Positions 9,068 to 18,352 of a DNA stretch of 64,000 nucleotides are shown here, piece after piece; position 1 is the first letter of the stretch, and each line of letters opens with the position of its first letter. Source of the DNA: SAR202 cluster bacterium bin87 (GTDB lineage: Bacteria > Chloroflexota > Dehalococcoidia > Lucifugimonadales > UBA3495). The stretch covers positions 6,006 to 70,005 of the forward strand of contig MPNC01000013.1 in NCBI GenBank assembly GCA_002238825.1, in the 5' to 3' direction. The position numbers and the translations under genes are program-made. Under the pieces are notes generated by a model that was not told where the DNA came from, searched no databases, and worked only from the letters and a program-made list of their open reading frames with translations.

Positions 9068-9916
9068 TCAGCGGCGCATTGACCTCTGCTCAGCGCGCGT
9101 CCGCTGCAGCATCTCGCGCACCTCAAGAGCCGACGGCGTTTCCGGCGTCGGTTCAGCGTCGGGCTGGGCCAACTCATCCGCAGCGTCCGCGATGCGCTCG
9201 CGGGCCAGACGGCAGTATTCGTCGGACAGGTCGATGCCCACGTACTGCCGCCCTTCCATGAGCGAGGCGATGGCCGTGGTTCCGCTGCCGATGAACGGGT
9301 CCAGCACCACCTCGGCGGTGGTGGCGGCGATGGCCCGGCGTGCCAACTCCACCGGGAAGGACGCGGGATGGGGGTTCCCCCGGTCCTGGCGAATCTGCCA
9401 GACGTCGCCGATGCCGCCGGCCTTGGGCGCCAGCCGGAACTCCGGGTTGGCCACGAGGTAGATCACCTCGTAGGTGGGCAGGAAGTACCCGGGGTTGTGG
9501 TTGAACCCACCGGAGCGTTGCCAGATGATGATCTGGCGGACGGGGAAGCCGTCCATGATGTCGGCCCGGTCCTGCAGCAGGCCGCGCTGCACCCGCCACT
9601 TGTGGTTGTAGAAGATCGCCCCGTCGGGAGTGAGCACCCGCAGCATCTCCCGCAGACACTCCCGCTGCCATTCCACGTAATCGTCGTGGGGCATGCTGTC
9701 GCCGTGCTCGGCGTAGCCCCGCTGCAGCATCAGGGTGGCGCGCGACCACTTGCCGCCGTTGCCGTTCTTCATCCCGTTGCCGCTGCTGTTGAGCAGGTTG
9801 TAGGGCGGCGAGGTGACCACAAGGTTCACCGACGCCGACGGCATCCGGCCCATGGCCGAAAGGCAATCGTCGCAGTGAATTTGATTGAGCCAGGGTTCTA
9901 TATTGGCGGGATTCAT
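9068..9916 (-). CDS. beta-class N4-cytosine/N6-adenine DNA methyltransferase (N6_N4_Mtase type)
   Basis: 282 aa from ATG 9916 (MNPANIEPWLNQIHCDDC). Motif IV is TSPPY. Motif I, DPFIGSGTT, lies near the C-terminus, so the order is IV then I. Confidence 0.8.
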   Translation of the reverse strand: MNPANIEPWLNQIHCDDCLSAMGRMPSASVNLVVTSPPYNLLNSSGNGMKNGNGGKWSRATLMLQRGYAEHGDSMPHDDYVEWQRECLREMLRVLTPDGAIFYNHKWRVQRGLLQDRADIMDGFPVRQIIIWQRSGGFNHNPGYFLPTYEVIYLVANPEFRLAPKAGGIGDVWQIRQDRGNPHPASFPVELARRAIAATTAEVVLDPFIGSGTTAIASLMEGRQYVGIDLSDEYCRLARERIADAADELAQPDAEPTPETPSALEVREMLQRTRAEQRSMRR

Positions 9917-10055
9917 AGAAAGCGTATAAGACACGCTTATTGAACCCCAACCAGGGGAATTGGCGCATAGAGAGACCCCGGCGGGTTTCGGCGTTTCTGA
10001 CCGCCGGCCAGGAACGCAATACGCCACAACCTGCCCGTCCCACGGATTCTCGGGC

Positions 10056-10084
10056 AACAAAAAGGGCGGTGATGAAGCCGCCCC
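10056..10084 (-). terminator. intrinsic terminator downstream of comB-like gene
   Basis: The minus strand reads GGGCGG-CTTCATCA-CCGCCC followed by TTTTTGTT. Confidence 0.55.
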
Positions 10085-10132
10085 AGTTTGCGGATGCCGC
10101 CAGCCTGTTCTCCGCCGGCCGTTTCCCCAGGA

Positions 10133-10837
10133 TCAACCGGTGCGTCGGGCCACCAGCAATCCGTCCTCGCGGGTCACCCGCATGGCGAAGGGGTAGCGGT
10201 CCACCTCCAGCGCCAGACCCACGTCCCGCGGGTGGAACTGCGGCTGGGCGTCGTCGAAGAACTTCTGGGTTGCGCCCCCGGCCATGATCAGCTTGCGCAG
10301 GGCTTCGGGGTCGGGGTTCCGTCCCTCCAGCCGGTTGCGCAGATACATGGCGCAGTGCTCGTCCTCATCGGCCCGGTTCACTCCCTGGTCTCCCATGGCC
10401 AGGATGGTGACCCGATCCGGCAGCGGGTCCTCCGCCAGCAGCGCCTGCGCGGTAGCGCCGGCCACCACGAACGAGGTCACATAGATCGGGTCGCAGCCGG
10501 CCGCGCCGGCCGCCGCCGTGCCCACCGTGCCAGCGCGGGTGGACTGCACAATGCTCTTGCCGGCGAAATCAACCGAGGATGCTTCATAAGGAGAGTTGCC
10601 ATGGTCGAACCCGTCGGGCCGGCGGCCCTCCACCTCACCCATCAGGATGTCGGCGATGGCCGGATTGTTTCGCCGGATCTCCAACGCCTCCTCAACCTCG
10701 GCCACCAGGGTGATGCGCTCCGCGCCCCGATTGAAGGCGATGGCCGCTGTGGTGAAGGCGCGGAACACGTCGATCACCAACGCCGCGCCGGTGGCTTCGT
10801 TGGCGTCTCGGGACAAACTGCCGATGCGAATTTCCAT
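10133..10837 (-). CDS. comB: 2-phosphosulfolactate phosphatase (ComB) family protein
   Basis: 234 aa. The N-terminal VIDVFRAFTTA block is characteristic of ComB. Confidence 0.7.
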   Translation of the reverse strand: MEIRIGSLSRDANEATGAALVIDVFRAFTTAAIAFNRGAERITLVAEVEEALEIRRNNPAIADILMGEVEGRRPDGFDHGNSPYEASSVDFAGKSIVQSTRAGTVGTAAAGAAGCDPIYVTSFVVAGATAQALLAEDPLPDRVTILAMGDQGVNRADEDEHCAMYLRNRLEGRNPDPEALRKLIMAGGATQKFFDDAQPQFHPRDVGLALEVDRYPFAMRVTREDGLLVARRTG

Positions 10838-10856
10838 GTTTCTATCTCTTCATCTC

Positions 10857-10940
10857 GCATGGATAGACAGGATGTTCAGGATTTTGACTGCAGCCGCAAC
10901 GAAATCCATGTCAATCCTGCGCATCCTGTAAATCCATGCC
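10857..10940. repeat. Family C inverted-repeat element (GCATGGATAGACAGGATG ... CATCCTGTAAATCCATGC)
   Basis: The arms are self-complementary. Related copies or halves are at 53403..53481, 49857..49892, 58441..58474 and 58870..58917. Confidence 0.75.
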
Positions 10941-10948
10941 GTATTGGA

Positions 10949-11896
10949 TCAGGCGGTTTTCACCAGCTTCTGCAATGACCGGACTTCGCGAGGCGGGTCC
11001 AGGTGCTGCCCGGTGTGGGTCCACGAAACCTCGCCCACGTAAATGTTGCCCACAGAGTCCAGGCAGACCCCGTGCGGCGCGATGAACTGGCCAGGCGCTT
11101 CACCCTCGGGCCCGTCGCCCACTCGGGCCTGCTGCCGGCCTTCGGTGTCGTAAACGCTGACCCTTGGGCCAAGGCCCGTGGCCTGGGAGTTGGGGCCAAT
11201 GGCCGAGCCCAGTTCGCCGATGTACACCAGGCCGGCGTGCTGGTCGATGTACAGGCCGCACGGACGGGACATGTCGTTCCACTGTCCCATGAACCTGCCA
11301 TCGGGATTGAATACCTGGACCCGATGGTTCTCCCGATCGGCCAGGTACACCAGGCCGTCGCGGTCGGTGCCGATGTTGTGGGCGATGTTGAACTGACCCG
11401 GGCCGTTCCCGGACTTGCCCCAGGAGAAGATCAGCCGGCCGTCCGGGCTGTACTTGTGAATGCGGGCGTTGCCGTAGCCGTCCGACACGTAGAAATCGCC
11501 GTTGCGGGGATCTATGGCCACGTGCGTGCAGCGGTTGAAGGGATCGCCGGACATGAAGGCCGCAGGGTGTCCGCTGGTGCCCAGGGTCAGCAGGACCTCG
11601 CCCTCCAGGGTGCACTTGCGCACGGTGTGGTCGCCGTCGTCGGTCAGGAACATGGTCCCGTCGGGCGCCATGGTGACGCCGTGGGCGCGGGGGAACACGC
11701 CCTCGCCCCAGGACTGCATGAAGTTGCCGTCCTTGTCGAACACGATCATGGGATGCTCGCCGCGATTGAAGGCGTACACGTTGTCGTCGGCGTCGCAGCC
11801 CACGGCAGCCACTTCCCTGAACGTGTAGCCGGCCGGCAGCTGACCCCAACCTTCCTGGACTTCGTAAGTGAACTGGCCCTCTCCGATAGTTACCAT
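10949..11896 (-). CDS. NHL-repeat six-bladed beta-propeller (peptidyl-alpha-hydroxyglycine amidating lyase-like)
   Basis: 315 aa. Blade motifs of the type D..GN.YV.D recur, and the N-terminus resembles the PAL-like family. Confidence 0.6.
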   Translation of the reverse strand: MVTIGEGQFTYEVQEGWGQLPAGYTFREVAAVGCDADDNVYAFNRGEHPMIVFDKDGNFMQSWGEGVFPRAHGVTMAPDGTMFLTDDGDHTVRKCTLEGEVLLTLGTSGHPAAFMSGDPFNRCTHVAIDPRNGDFYVSDGYGNARIHKYSPDGRLIFSWGKSGNGPGQFNIAHNIGTDRDGLVYLADRENHRVQVFNPDGRFMGQWNDMSRPCGLYIDQHAGLVYIGELGSAIGPNSQATGLGPRVSVYDTEGRQQARVGDGPEGEAPGQFIAPHGVCLDSVGNIYVGEVSWTHTGQHLDPPREVRSLQKLVKTA

Positions 11897-12034
11897 CGGT
11901 GTCCCTCCTGTGATGGCGGCGGCGCTCGCGGGCGTCGCGCACGGCGGTGATTGTAACCCATCCGGTGCGCCCTCAACCCGACCGTTGGGGGCCGATCAAG
12001 GCCTGTGCAAAGTGATGGGCTTCTTTGGTTTCCG

Positions 12035-12196
12035 CTCATCCCGAGCCGGTCGCATCATCCCGAGCCGGTCACATCATCCTGAGCCTGTCGAAGGATGTCG
12101 TCGTTGCCCGGGCCGTGGTTCGACAAGCTCACCATGAACGGGAGGAGGGACTTTATGAACGGGAGGAGGAACTTAATGAACGGGAGAAGGGACTTT
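12035..12196. repeat. Family E composite tandem repeats (19-bp x about 3, then 21-bp x 3)
   Basis: CATCATCCCGAGCCGGTC-like units lie at 12035-12090. ATGAACGGGAGGAGGRACTTW is repeated three times at 12134-12196. Confidence 0.85.
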
Positions 12197-12266
12197 GCAC
12201 AAGCCCTGGGGGAGCCGATGCTACAATGGGCCATCACGATCCCAGTCCAACGCAAGGAGACCCCCG

Positions 12267-12965
12267 ATGGCCGACCCGCGACGCGATTTCGTCAAGTACA
12301 CGTTCTTCAAGGTTCAGCCCGAGTGGCGACGCCTGCCCGCCGCCGAACGCGAGACCGGCAAGGATGAGTTCGCCGCGGTGGCCGCCGAGCACTCCGACCG
12401 GGTCGCCCTGAACACCTACACCCTGGTGGGCGCGCGCGGCGACACCGATTTCATGCTGTGGGGCGTGTGTCCCGAGCTTGAGCCCATCAACGAGATGGCG
12501 GCGCGGCTCAACGGAACCCGCCTCGGCGGCTACCTGGAGACCCCGCATTCCTACCTCGGCATGACCCGCCGCTCTCCGTACATCGACGACCACCAGCACG
12601 AGGGGCAGGAAGGAACCGGCGACGCGGCTTCCATGCGAATGATTGGCCGTCGCTACCTCTTCATGTACCCCTTCTGGAAGACCCACGACTGGTATCAACT
12701 GCCCAAGGACACGCGCCAGGAAATGATGAACGAGCACTTCGTCATCGGCCACAAGTACCCCCAGGTCAAGATCTCGACGGCCTACTCATTCGGCCTGGAC
12801 GACCCCGAGTTCATCCTCGGCTTCGAGACCGACGAGCCGGGCACCTTCCTGGACCTGGTGATGGATCTCCGCGAGTCCAAGGCCCGCCCCTACACCCTGA
12901 AGGACACCCCCATCTTCTCCTGCATCAACCGCCCGCTGCGCGACTGCCTGGACGACGCGGCGTAA
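12267..12965 (+). CDS. hemQ: chlorite dismutase family protein / coproheme decarboxylase (HemQ/ChdC)-like
   Basis: 232 aa from ATG 12267, with AAGGAGA 7 nt upstream. YTFFKV...W..L is the N-terminal pattern of the Cld/HemQ family. Confidence 0.7.
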   Translation: MADPRRDFVKYTFFKVQPEWRRLPAAERETGKDEFAAVAAEHSDRVALNTYTLVGARGDTDFMLWGVCPELEPINEMAARLNGTRLGGYLETPHSYLGMTRRSPYIDDHQHEGQEGTGDAASMRMIGRRYLFMYPFWKTHDWYQLPKDTRQEMMNEHFVIGHKYPQVKISTAYSFGLDDPEFILGFETDEPGTFLDLVMDLRESKARPYTLKDTPIFSCINRPLRDCLDDAA

Positions 12966-12976
12966 GGAGATACCGC

Positions 12977-13657
12977 ATGACTTCGCAAGCTGTCGCCAAA
13001 CCGCAACCCGACGTTGCGGCCAACTCGCCAGACGCCGATATGCCGGCGCCCTTCTCGCTGGACATCAGCTCCATACTCGCCCTGCTGCCGGATGATGACT
13101 CTCTGGATGACTGGTTCCTGCGTTTCACCGCCGACAATGCGGATTTGGGGTACCAGTTTGAGATTGACGAACACGGGAGATTGCGGGCAATGGCGTCAGA
13201 AGGCATGGACGGGCAGTTGCGTTCGGGTAACTTGTACATTGATTTGCGGTTTTGGTCGGATGAAGGACCCGGTGGGCACGTGATTACCGGCAACGGCTTG
13301 GTTCGTATGCCCTGGCCGGGTCGCCGCGGTCCTGATGCCGGCTGGGTTGCCCCTGAGCAATTGTCGCCCTTGGCGCCGGCAGGGCAACGACCGCATGGCG
13401 TTCCCTTCGCGCCTCATTTCGTGGCGGAGATTCGCTCCCGTTCCAACTCGGTAGAAGAGCAGCAGGCCAAGATGGAGGAATGGATCGCCCACGGTGTGTC
13501 GCTGGGATGGCTTATCGACCCATTCCTGCGCCAGGTCCACGTCTATCGCCCCAACGCCGACCCGGTGGTACTCGAAGATCCGGAAACGGTCAGCGGCGAG
13601 CCCGAGTTGACCGGCTTCGTATTCAACGTCCGCAGCCGTATATTCGATTTGGAATGA
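12977..13657 (+). CDS. Uma2-family (DUF820) putative endonuclease
   Basis: 226 aa. It has the Uma2-like core F.AEIRS.SN......K...W...GV..GWLIDP....V.VY. Confidence 0.65.
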   Translation: MTSQAVAKPQPDVAANSPDADMPAPFSLDISSILALLPDDDSLDDWFLRFTADNADLGYQFEIDEHGRLRAMASEGMDGQLRSGNLYIDLRFWSDEGPGGHVITGNGLVRMPWPGRRGPDAGWVAPEQLSPLAPAGQRPHGVPFAPHFVAEIRSRSNSVEEQQAKMEEWIAHGVSLGWLIDPFLRQVHVYRPNADPVVLEDPETVSGEPELTGFVFNVRSRIFDLE

Positions 13658-13689
13658 CCGCGTCCACAAATCAGCGGCATTAAACATAA

Positions 13690-13723
13690 AAGCGCTCCGA
13701 GGAAAACCGGAGCGCTTGCTTTT
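13690..13723. terminator. bidirectional intrinsic terminator between convergent Uma2 and nadA
   Basis: A 10-bp stem AAGCGCTCCG/CGGAGCGCTT has an 8-nt loop. T-runs flank it on both strands. Confidence 0.65.
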
Positions 13724-13742
13724 GCTGGGTTACAATCTGTCG

Positions 13743-14951
13743 CTAACGCAGCGCCAGCATCCGTTCCAGCGCCACGATGGATTCCTGCTGAATCTGGTCG
13801 GGCACGGCGATGCGGTTGACCACCTCGCCGGCCACCAGGCTTTCCAGCGTCCACAGCAGGTAGGCCGGGTGGATGCGGTACATGGTGGAGCAAGGGCAAC
13901 TCACCGGGTCCAGGCAGAAGACCGTTTTGTCGGGGTTGTTCATGGCCAGCCGGTTCACCAGGCTGATCTCGGTGCCCACCGCCCAGACCGAACCGGCCGG
14001 CGCCTCGTTGATGGCTTTGCGAATGAACTCGGTCGAGCCGTTCATATCCGCGGCTTCCACCGTCTCCATGGGGCACTCCGGGTGCACCAGCACGGTCACG
14101 TCGGGGTAGCGCTGCCGGGCGGACTCGATCTGCTTCGGGGTGAAGCGGGTGTGCACCGAGCAGTGGCCCTGCCACAGCACCATCTTGGCCTTCCGCAGTT
14201 GCTCCGGCGTGTTGCCGCCCATGGCCTTGAAGGGGTTCCAGACCACCATCTCGTCCAGCGGTATGCCCAGCTTGAGCGCGGTGTTGCGGCCCAGGTGCTG
14301 GTCGGGCAGGAAGAGGACCCGTTCGGCATCGCGAAACGCCCATTCCAGCACGGCGGTGGCGTTGGACGAGGTGCAGACCGCGCCGCCGTTGCGACCGCAC
14401 AGCGCCTTGATGGCGGCCACCGAGTTCATGTAGGTGACGGGCACGATGCCGCCGTGGTCGCCGAGAACGTCCTGCAGGTCTTCCCAACCGTCCTCAACGT
14501 CCTGGATGGGCGCCATGTCCGCCATGGAGCAGCCGGCCGTAATGTTGGGCAGGATCACCTGCTGGTGGTTGCCGGCCAGGATGCAGGCCGTCTCCGCCAT
14601 GAAGTGGACGCCGCAGAAGATGATGTAGTCGGCCTCCGGGCGGGAGGCGGCTTCCTGGCTGAGCAGGAAGGAGTCGCCCTGGAAGTCGGCGTACTTGATG
14701 ATCTCCTCGCGCTGGTAGTGGTGGCCCAGGATGGTCACGCGGTCGCCCAGGGCGCGGCGGGCAACCCCGATGCGCTCGTCCAACTCGGCGGGAGAGCAGG
14801 CCAGGTACTCACCGGGGATCTTCTGCCAGCGGACGTTGATCGCCAGCTCCTCCGCCAGGGACTTGGCCGGCAGTTCGTCTTCCGGTTTGCAGAAGGCGGC
14901 GTGCTCGATTTCGGTGAGGGGAATTGTTGGTTGCCTGGTTTGCGTAACCAT
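13743..14951 (-). CDS. nadA: quinolinate synthase NadA
   Basis: 402 aa. Conserved blocks are ILGHHYQ, FCGVHFMAE, AGCSMADMA and VHPEC. Confidence 0.85.
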   Translation of the reverse strand: MVTQTRQPTIPLTEIEHAAFCKPEDELPAKSLAEELAINVRWQKIPGEYLACSPAELDERIGVARRALGDRVTILGHHYQREEIIKYADFQGDSFLLSQEAASRPEADYIIFCGVHFMAETACILAGNHQQVILPNITAGCSMADMAPIQDVEDGWEDLQDVLGDHGGIVPVTYMNSVAAIKALCGRNGGAVCTSSNATAVLEWAFRDAERVLFLPDQHLGRNTALKLGIPLDEMVVWNPFKAMGGNTPEQLRKAKMVLWQGHCSVHTRFTPKQIESARQRYPDVTVLVHPECPMETVEAADMNGSTEFIRKAINEAPAGSVWAVGTEISLVNRLAMNNPDKTVFCLDPVSCPCSTMYRIHPAYLLWTLESLVAGEVVNRIAVPDQIQQESIVALERMLALR

Positions 14952-14982
14952 AAAAGCCGCCTCCTTGAACTAAAAACCCGTA

Positions 14983-16281
14983 CTACGCCAGCACACCGGC
15001 CAGGGACCATGGCCCGGTGCGTGTAACCCGAACGTCTACCAAATGACCGGTCAAGTCCGGTTCGGCGACGCACTCGGCGTTTTCGGGAAGGTCGAAATAA
15101 ACGAGCTTGTTGCCCCGCGTTCGTCCGGTCCAACTGCCCCGCTTGCGGTTCTCCGCCAGCACCTGCACGGTATCGTGAAGATAGGCGGAGTTGATGCCGG
15201 TGAGTATGCTTTCCTGGAGCGTTTCAAGACCCTTCAGCCGCCGCTGCTTTTCTTCCTGCGCGACATCGTCTTCCATGGTGCGGGCGGCGATGGTGCCGGG
15301 CCTTGTGGAATAGGCCGCCCCGTGAACCTTGTCGAACCGCAGGTCGTCCACCAGCCGCAGCGTGTTCTCGTACTGCGCCTCGGTCTCACCCGGGAAGCCG
15401 ACGATGATGTCGGTGCTGACGGTGACGTCGGGGATGGTGTCGCGGATTTCGCTGATGATGTCCCGGTACTCGGCGGTCGTATAGGGCCGACGCATGCGCT
15501 GCAGCACTTCATCGTCGCCGGCCTGCACCGGCAGGTTGATGTGCTCGCACACCTTGGGCAGATCGGCTACGGACCGGATTATCCGGCTGCTCATGTACGA
15601 CGGGTGGGAAGTCAGGAACCGGATCCGGTCCAGCCCGTCCACGTCGCTCAGCCTGGTGAACAGGTCGGCCAGGTCGTCGCCTTCGTCCCGGTCATGGCCG
15701 TAAGCGTCCACGGTCTGCCCGAGCACGGTGACCTCGCGCACTCCGCGAGTTGCCAGCAGTTCCACCTCGCGGGCGATGTCGTCCACCGAGCGGCTGACCT
15801 GCCTTCCCCGGCGATACGGGATGATGCAGAAGGTGCACATCAGGTCGCAGCCGTGGATGATGGGCACGTAGGTTGCCACGTCCGGGCGCTGGGGCGCCAG
15901 GGTGCCGACACATCCCTCCCAGTCCAGTCCCAGACGTTCGCCCACCAATTCCAGCAGCGGCTCGAACTCCTGGGGGCGGAGGAACAGGTCGACGTGGGGG
16001 AAGCGCCGCTGCAACTCCTCGGTGCGGGGGCCGACCATGCAGCCGGTGAGCGCCAGCACCGCGTCGGGCCGCTTCTTGCGCAGGGGTTGGTTCAGGTTCA
16101 ACGTGCCGGTCACCTTGTCCTCGGCGGACTGGCGAACCACGCACGAGTTGAGCACCACCACGTCCGCGTCGGCGGGGCGTGGAACGGGCGTCAGGCCCAT
16201 TTGCTCTAACGCCGACCCCAGTCTTTCGGAGTCGGCGGTGTTCATCTGGCAACCTATGGTCCAGATGTGGTAGGTCTGCAT
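14983..16281 (-). CDS. miaB: tRNA-i6A37 methylthiotransferase MiaB
   Basis: 432 aa. The N-terminus is TIGCQMN and the radical-SAM motif is CDLMCTFC. A C-terminal TRAM-like region is present. Confidence 0.85.
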   Translation of the reverse strand: MQTYHIWTIGCQMNTADSERLGSALEQMGLTPVPRPADADVVVLNSCVVRQSAEDKVTGTLNLNQPLRKKRPDAVLALTGCMVGPRTEELQRRFPHVDLFLRPQEFEPLLELVGERLGLDWEGCVGTLAPQRPDVATYVPIIHGCDLMCTFCIIPYRRGRQVSRSVDDIAREVELLATRGVREVTVLGQTVDAYGHDRDEGDDLADLFTRLSDVDGLDRIRFLTSHPSYMSSRIIRSVADLPKVCEHINLPVQAGDDEVLQRMRRPYTTAEYRDIISEIRDTIPDVTVSTDIIVGFPGETEAQYENTLRLVDDLRFDKVHGAAYSTRPGTIAARTMEDDVAQEEKQRRLKGLETLQESILTGINSAYLHDTVQVLAENRKRGSWTGRTRGNKLVYFDLPENAECVAEPDLTGHLVDVRVTRTGPWSLAGVLA

Positions 16282-16323
16282 TCGAGTTTAATCCCGTGTT
16301 GGCGGGGGTATCCGGGTTGGAAA

Positions 16324-16415
16324 TGGCGGAGGGAGTGGGATTCGAACCCACGATCCCAGTTTCCCAGGATAAGCGCTTAGCAGGCGCCCGCACTAGACCA
16401 CTATGCGATCCCTCC
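16324..16415 (-). tRNA. tRNA-Ser (anticodon GCU), CCA encoded
   Basis: Hand-folded reverse complement: acceptor GGAGGGA/TCCCTCC, anticodon stem GGCGC/GCGCT with loop CTGCTAA, a long variable arm, T-arm GTGGGTTCGAATCCCAC and a 3' GCCA. Confidence 0.9.
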
Positions 16416-16603
16416 CTGCCCCGCTGGGTGTTGCCCATTATAGCCCATTGTGAAGCGCGTTACAAACGACGATTACGATTAAGCCACACGTGCGTTCGAG
16501 TTTCGTCATCAGGCTGGTCACAACCAAAAACGCCCAATCGTCGTACACTAGCATAGCTCTCCCACGAAACCGGGATGAGGCACACCGCGACGACCAAAGG
16601 AGA

Positions 16604-18256
16604 ATGGTGATGAGGCTGAGGCGCATGGTGATTTTGCTTGCGGCGGCGATGGCAATGGCAGTGGCCCTTGCAGCGACAGCCTGCGGCCAGGAAGAGCCCG
16701 GGACCGGCCAAAGCGCGGAGCCCCGCGCCGAGGCAACAGCCCCCGCCGCTGTTCCGGCAAGCACGGCTCCGCCCGCCCAAGCGGCGCCAACCACGGCAAC
16801 TCCAACCCGGGCCGCTGCCCAACCCGACCCGACTCCCGCGGCGGCCGCCCAGCCGACGCAGCCCGTGCCCTCCGCCACCGCGGTCGCTCCAACCGTGGTT
16901 CCCACGGAACCGGCCCCCACCCAACCGGCGCCGACGCCAGCGCCAACTCCTCAAATGGTGGTGAGCCCCGACCTGCGGGCCTACGCCGATGAGCACGCCC
17001 ACGGGCCCGGCGCAATCTACGTCGGCGATCCCACCCAATTGCTCGGCCCGCCGCCCCACCAGAGCCTGATGTTCGGGGTGCCCGAAGCCATCTATCGCCA
17101 GGCTTCGGCGGCCGCAGTGCTTGGCTTCGAGCCGGCCGGCATTCCCGACCACCTGTTCATCTACAACAGCGACTACTATGCGGATCTGGTCGACAAGGCC
17201 AACCTGACGGATCCTACCGATCTCACCTCCGCCGGCGAGAGCATCAAGATCCAGCACGTGTGCATCGACCGCAATCTGCCCACCTGCGCGCTGATCCAGA
17301 CCTACTGGGCTCCCAACCTGTGGGAACGCACCGACGGCCAGGTTGAGCTGTCGGTGACGTCCTTCGTCGAGCTGGGTCTCGCCGGCCCAGACACCCTCAG
17401 CCAGGTCGCCGACGGGTCGCTGGACATGGTCAACATCTTCACCGGCTACGTTGCCGGAGCCCACCCGTCCCTGGAGGTGCAGTCGCTGTGGGGAACCGCC
17501 AGCGACTGGGAGACCTCCTACTCCACGCTGGCGGACATGGCTCCCGACATCGACCGCATGCTGCTGGACATCACCGGCGGCAGCCCCGTGCTCAACCGCA
17601 ACTGGTTCGCCGGTTCCGACCAGTGGTTCTTCAGCGACGAGCCCATGCGCTCGATAAACGACTTCGAAGGTCAACAGATCCGCACCCATTCGGCGTCCAT
17701 GTCCGACTTCATCCGCGGCATGGGCGGCGAGCCCGTCGAGCTCAGCGTCGGCGAACTGTACACCGCCCTGCAGATCGGCACCGTGGACGCGGCGGTGACC
17801 ACCCTGCTGCTGGGCGTCACCGGCAGCCTGTACGAGGTCGCCGACCACATCGCCGGCCCGGTGATCGCCTTCGGCTACACCAACAACGTGATCAACCAGG
17901 ACGTTTGGGATGGCATACCGGCCGACCTGCAGCAGATCATCATCGAGGAAGGCGCGAAAGCCGAGCTGGAAGCCCTGCGCCTGGCCCCCTTCCAGAACTT
18001 CATCGCCCTGAAAGCCGCCCAGGACCTGGGCCTGGAGGCCGCGCCGTTTTCCGACGCAACACAGGAGCATATCCAGACCGTGGTGCTGCCCGAGCACGTC
18101 ATCCCCGGCTGGCTGCGTCGTCTGGGTTACCCCGGCAGCGGGGCAGACGCTGTCGCCATTTACAACGAGAAGTCCGCGCCGTACACGGGCCTGATGATCA
18201 AGCCCGACGGGTCCGTGGAGCAAGTCCCGATCACCAAAGGTCCCCGGGCTCAATAG
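16604..18256 (+). CDS. DctP-like (TRAP-type) solute-binding lipoprotein with long Pro/Ala/Thr-rich linker
   Basis: 550 aa from ATG 16604, with AAAGGAGA upstream. It has a signal peptide plus Cys (LAATAC) and a ~110-aa PAT-rich linker. DctP-like blocks are IRTHSA...GGEPV...ELYTALQIGTVDA. Confidence 0.6.
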   Translation: MVMRLRRMVILLAAAMAMAVALAATACGQEEPGTGQSAEPRAEATAPAAVPASTAPPAQAAPTTATPTRAAAQPDPTPAAAAQPTQPVPSATAVAPTVVPTEPAPTQPAPTPAPTPQMVVSPDLRAYADEHAHGPGAIYVGDPTQLLGPPPHQSLMFGVPEAIYRQASAAAVLGFEPAGIPDHLFIYNSDYYADLVDKANLTDPTDLTSAGESIKIQHVCIDRNLPTCALIQTYWAPNLWERTDGQVELSVTSFVELGLAGPDTLSQVADGSLDMVNIFTGYVAGAHPSLEVQSLWGTASDWETSYSTLADMAPDIDRMLLDITGGSPVLNRNWFAGSDQWFFSDEPMRSINDFEGQQIRTHSASMSDFIRGMGGEPVELSVGELYTALQIGTVDAAVTTLLLGVTGSLYEVADHIAGPVIAFGYTNNVINQDVWDGIPADLQQIIIEEGAKAELEALRLAPFQNFIALKAAQDLGLEAAPFSDATQEHIQTVVLPEHVIPGWLRRLGYPGSGADAVAIYNEKSAPYTGLMIKPDGSVEQVPITKGPRAQ

Positions 18257-18352
18257 CCCTGACCGCGGAACCGGGCGCCGCCAGCGCCAAAGCGCCGACC
18301 CAGAATGCTGGAGCAGCGCCCGTCGCGCACACGTGCCCACTTCGCCTGGGCG

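Noticed and set aside
8697-9177. ORFs 8697..8903 and 8797..9177 (also 58317..58823, 58628..58993, 12025..12411, 22199..22606)
   Set aside because: They are translations of repeat elements: the same peptide words recur wherever the repeats occur. They have no ribosome-binding sites and lie in spacers between convergent or co-directional genes.
9917-10060. Upstream 48 codons of the methyltransferase ORF, and ORF 9174..10136
   Set aside because: The extension has no similarity to methyltransferase N-termini. The conserved sequence starts at ATG 9916. The alternative frame is Arg/Pro/Gly-rich noise.
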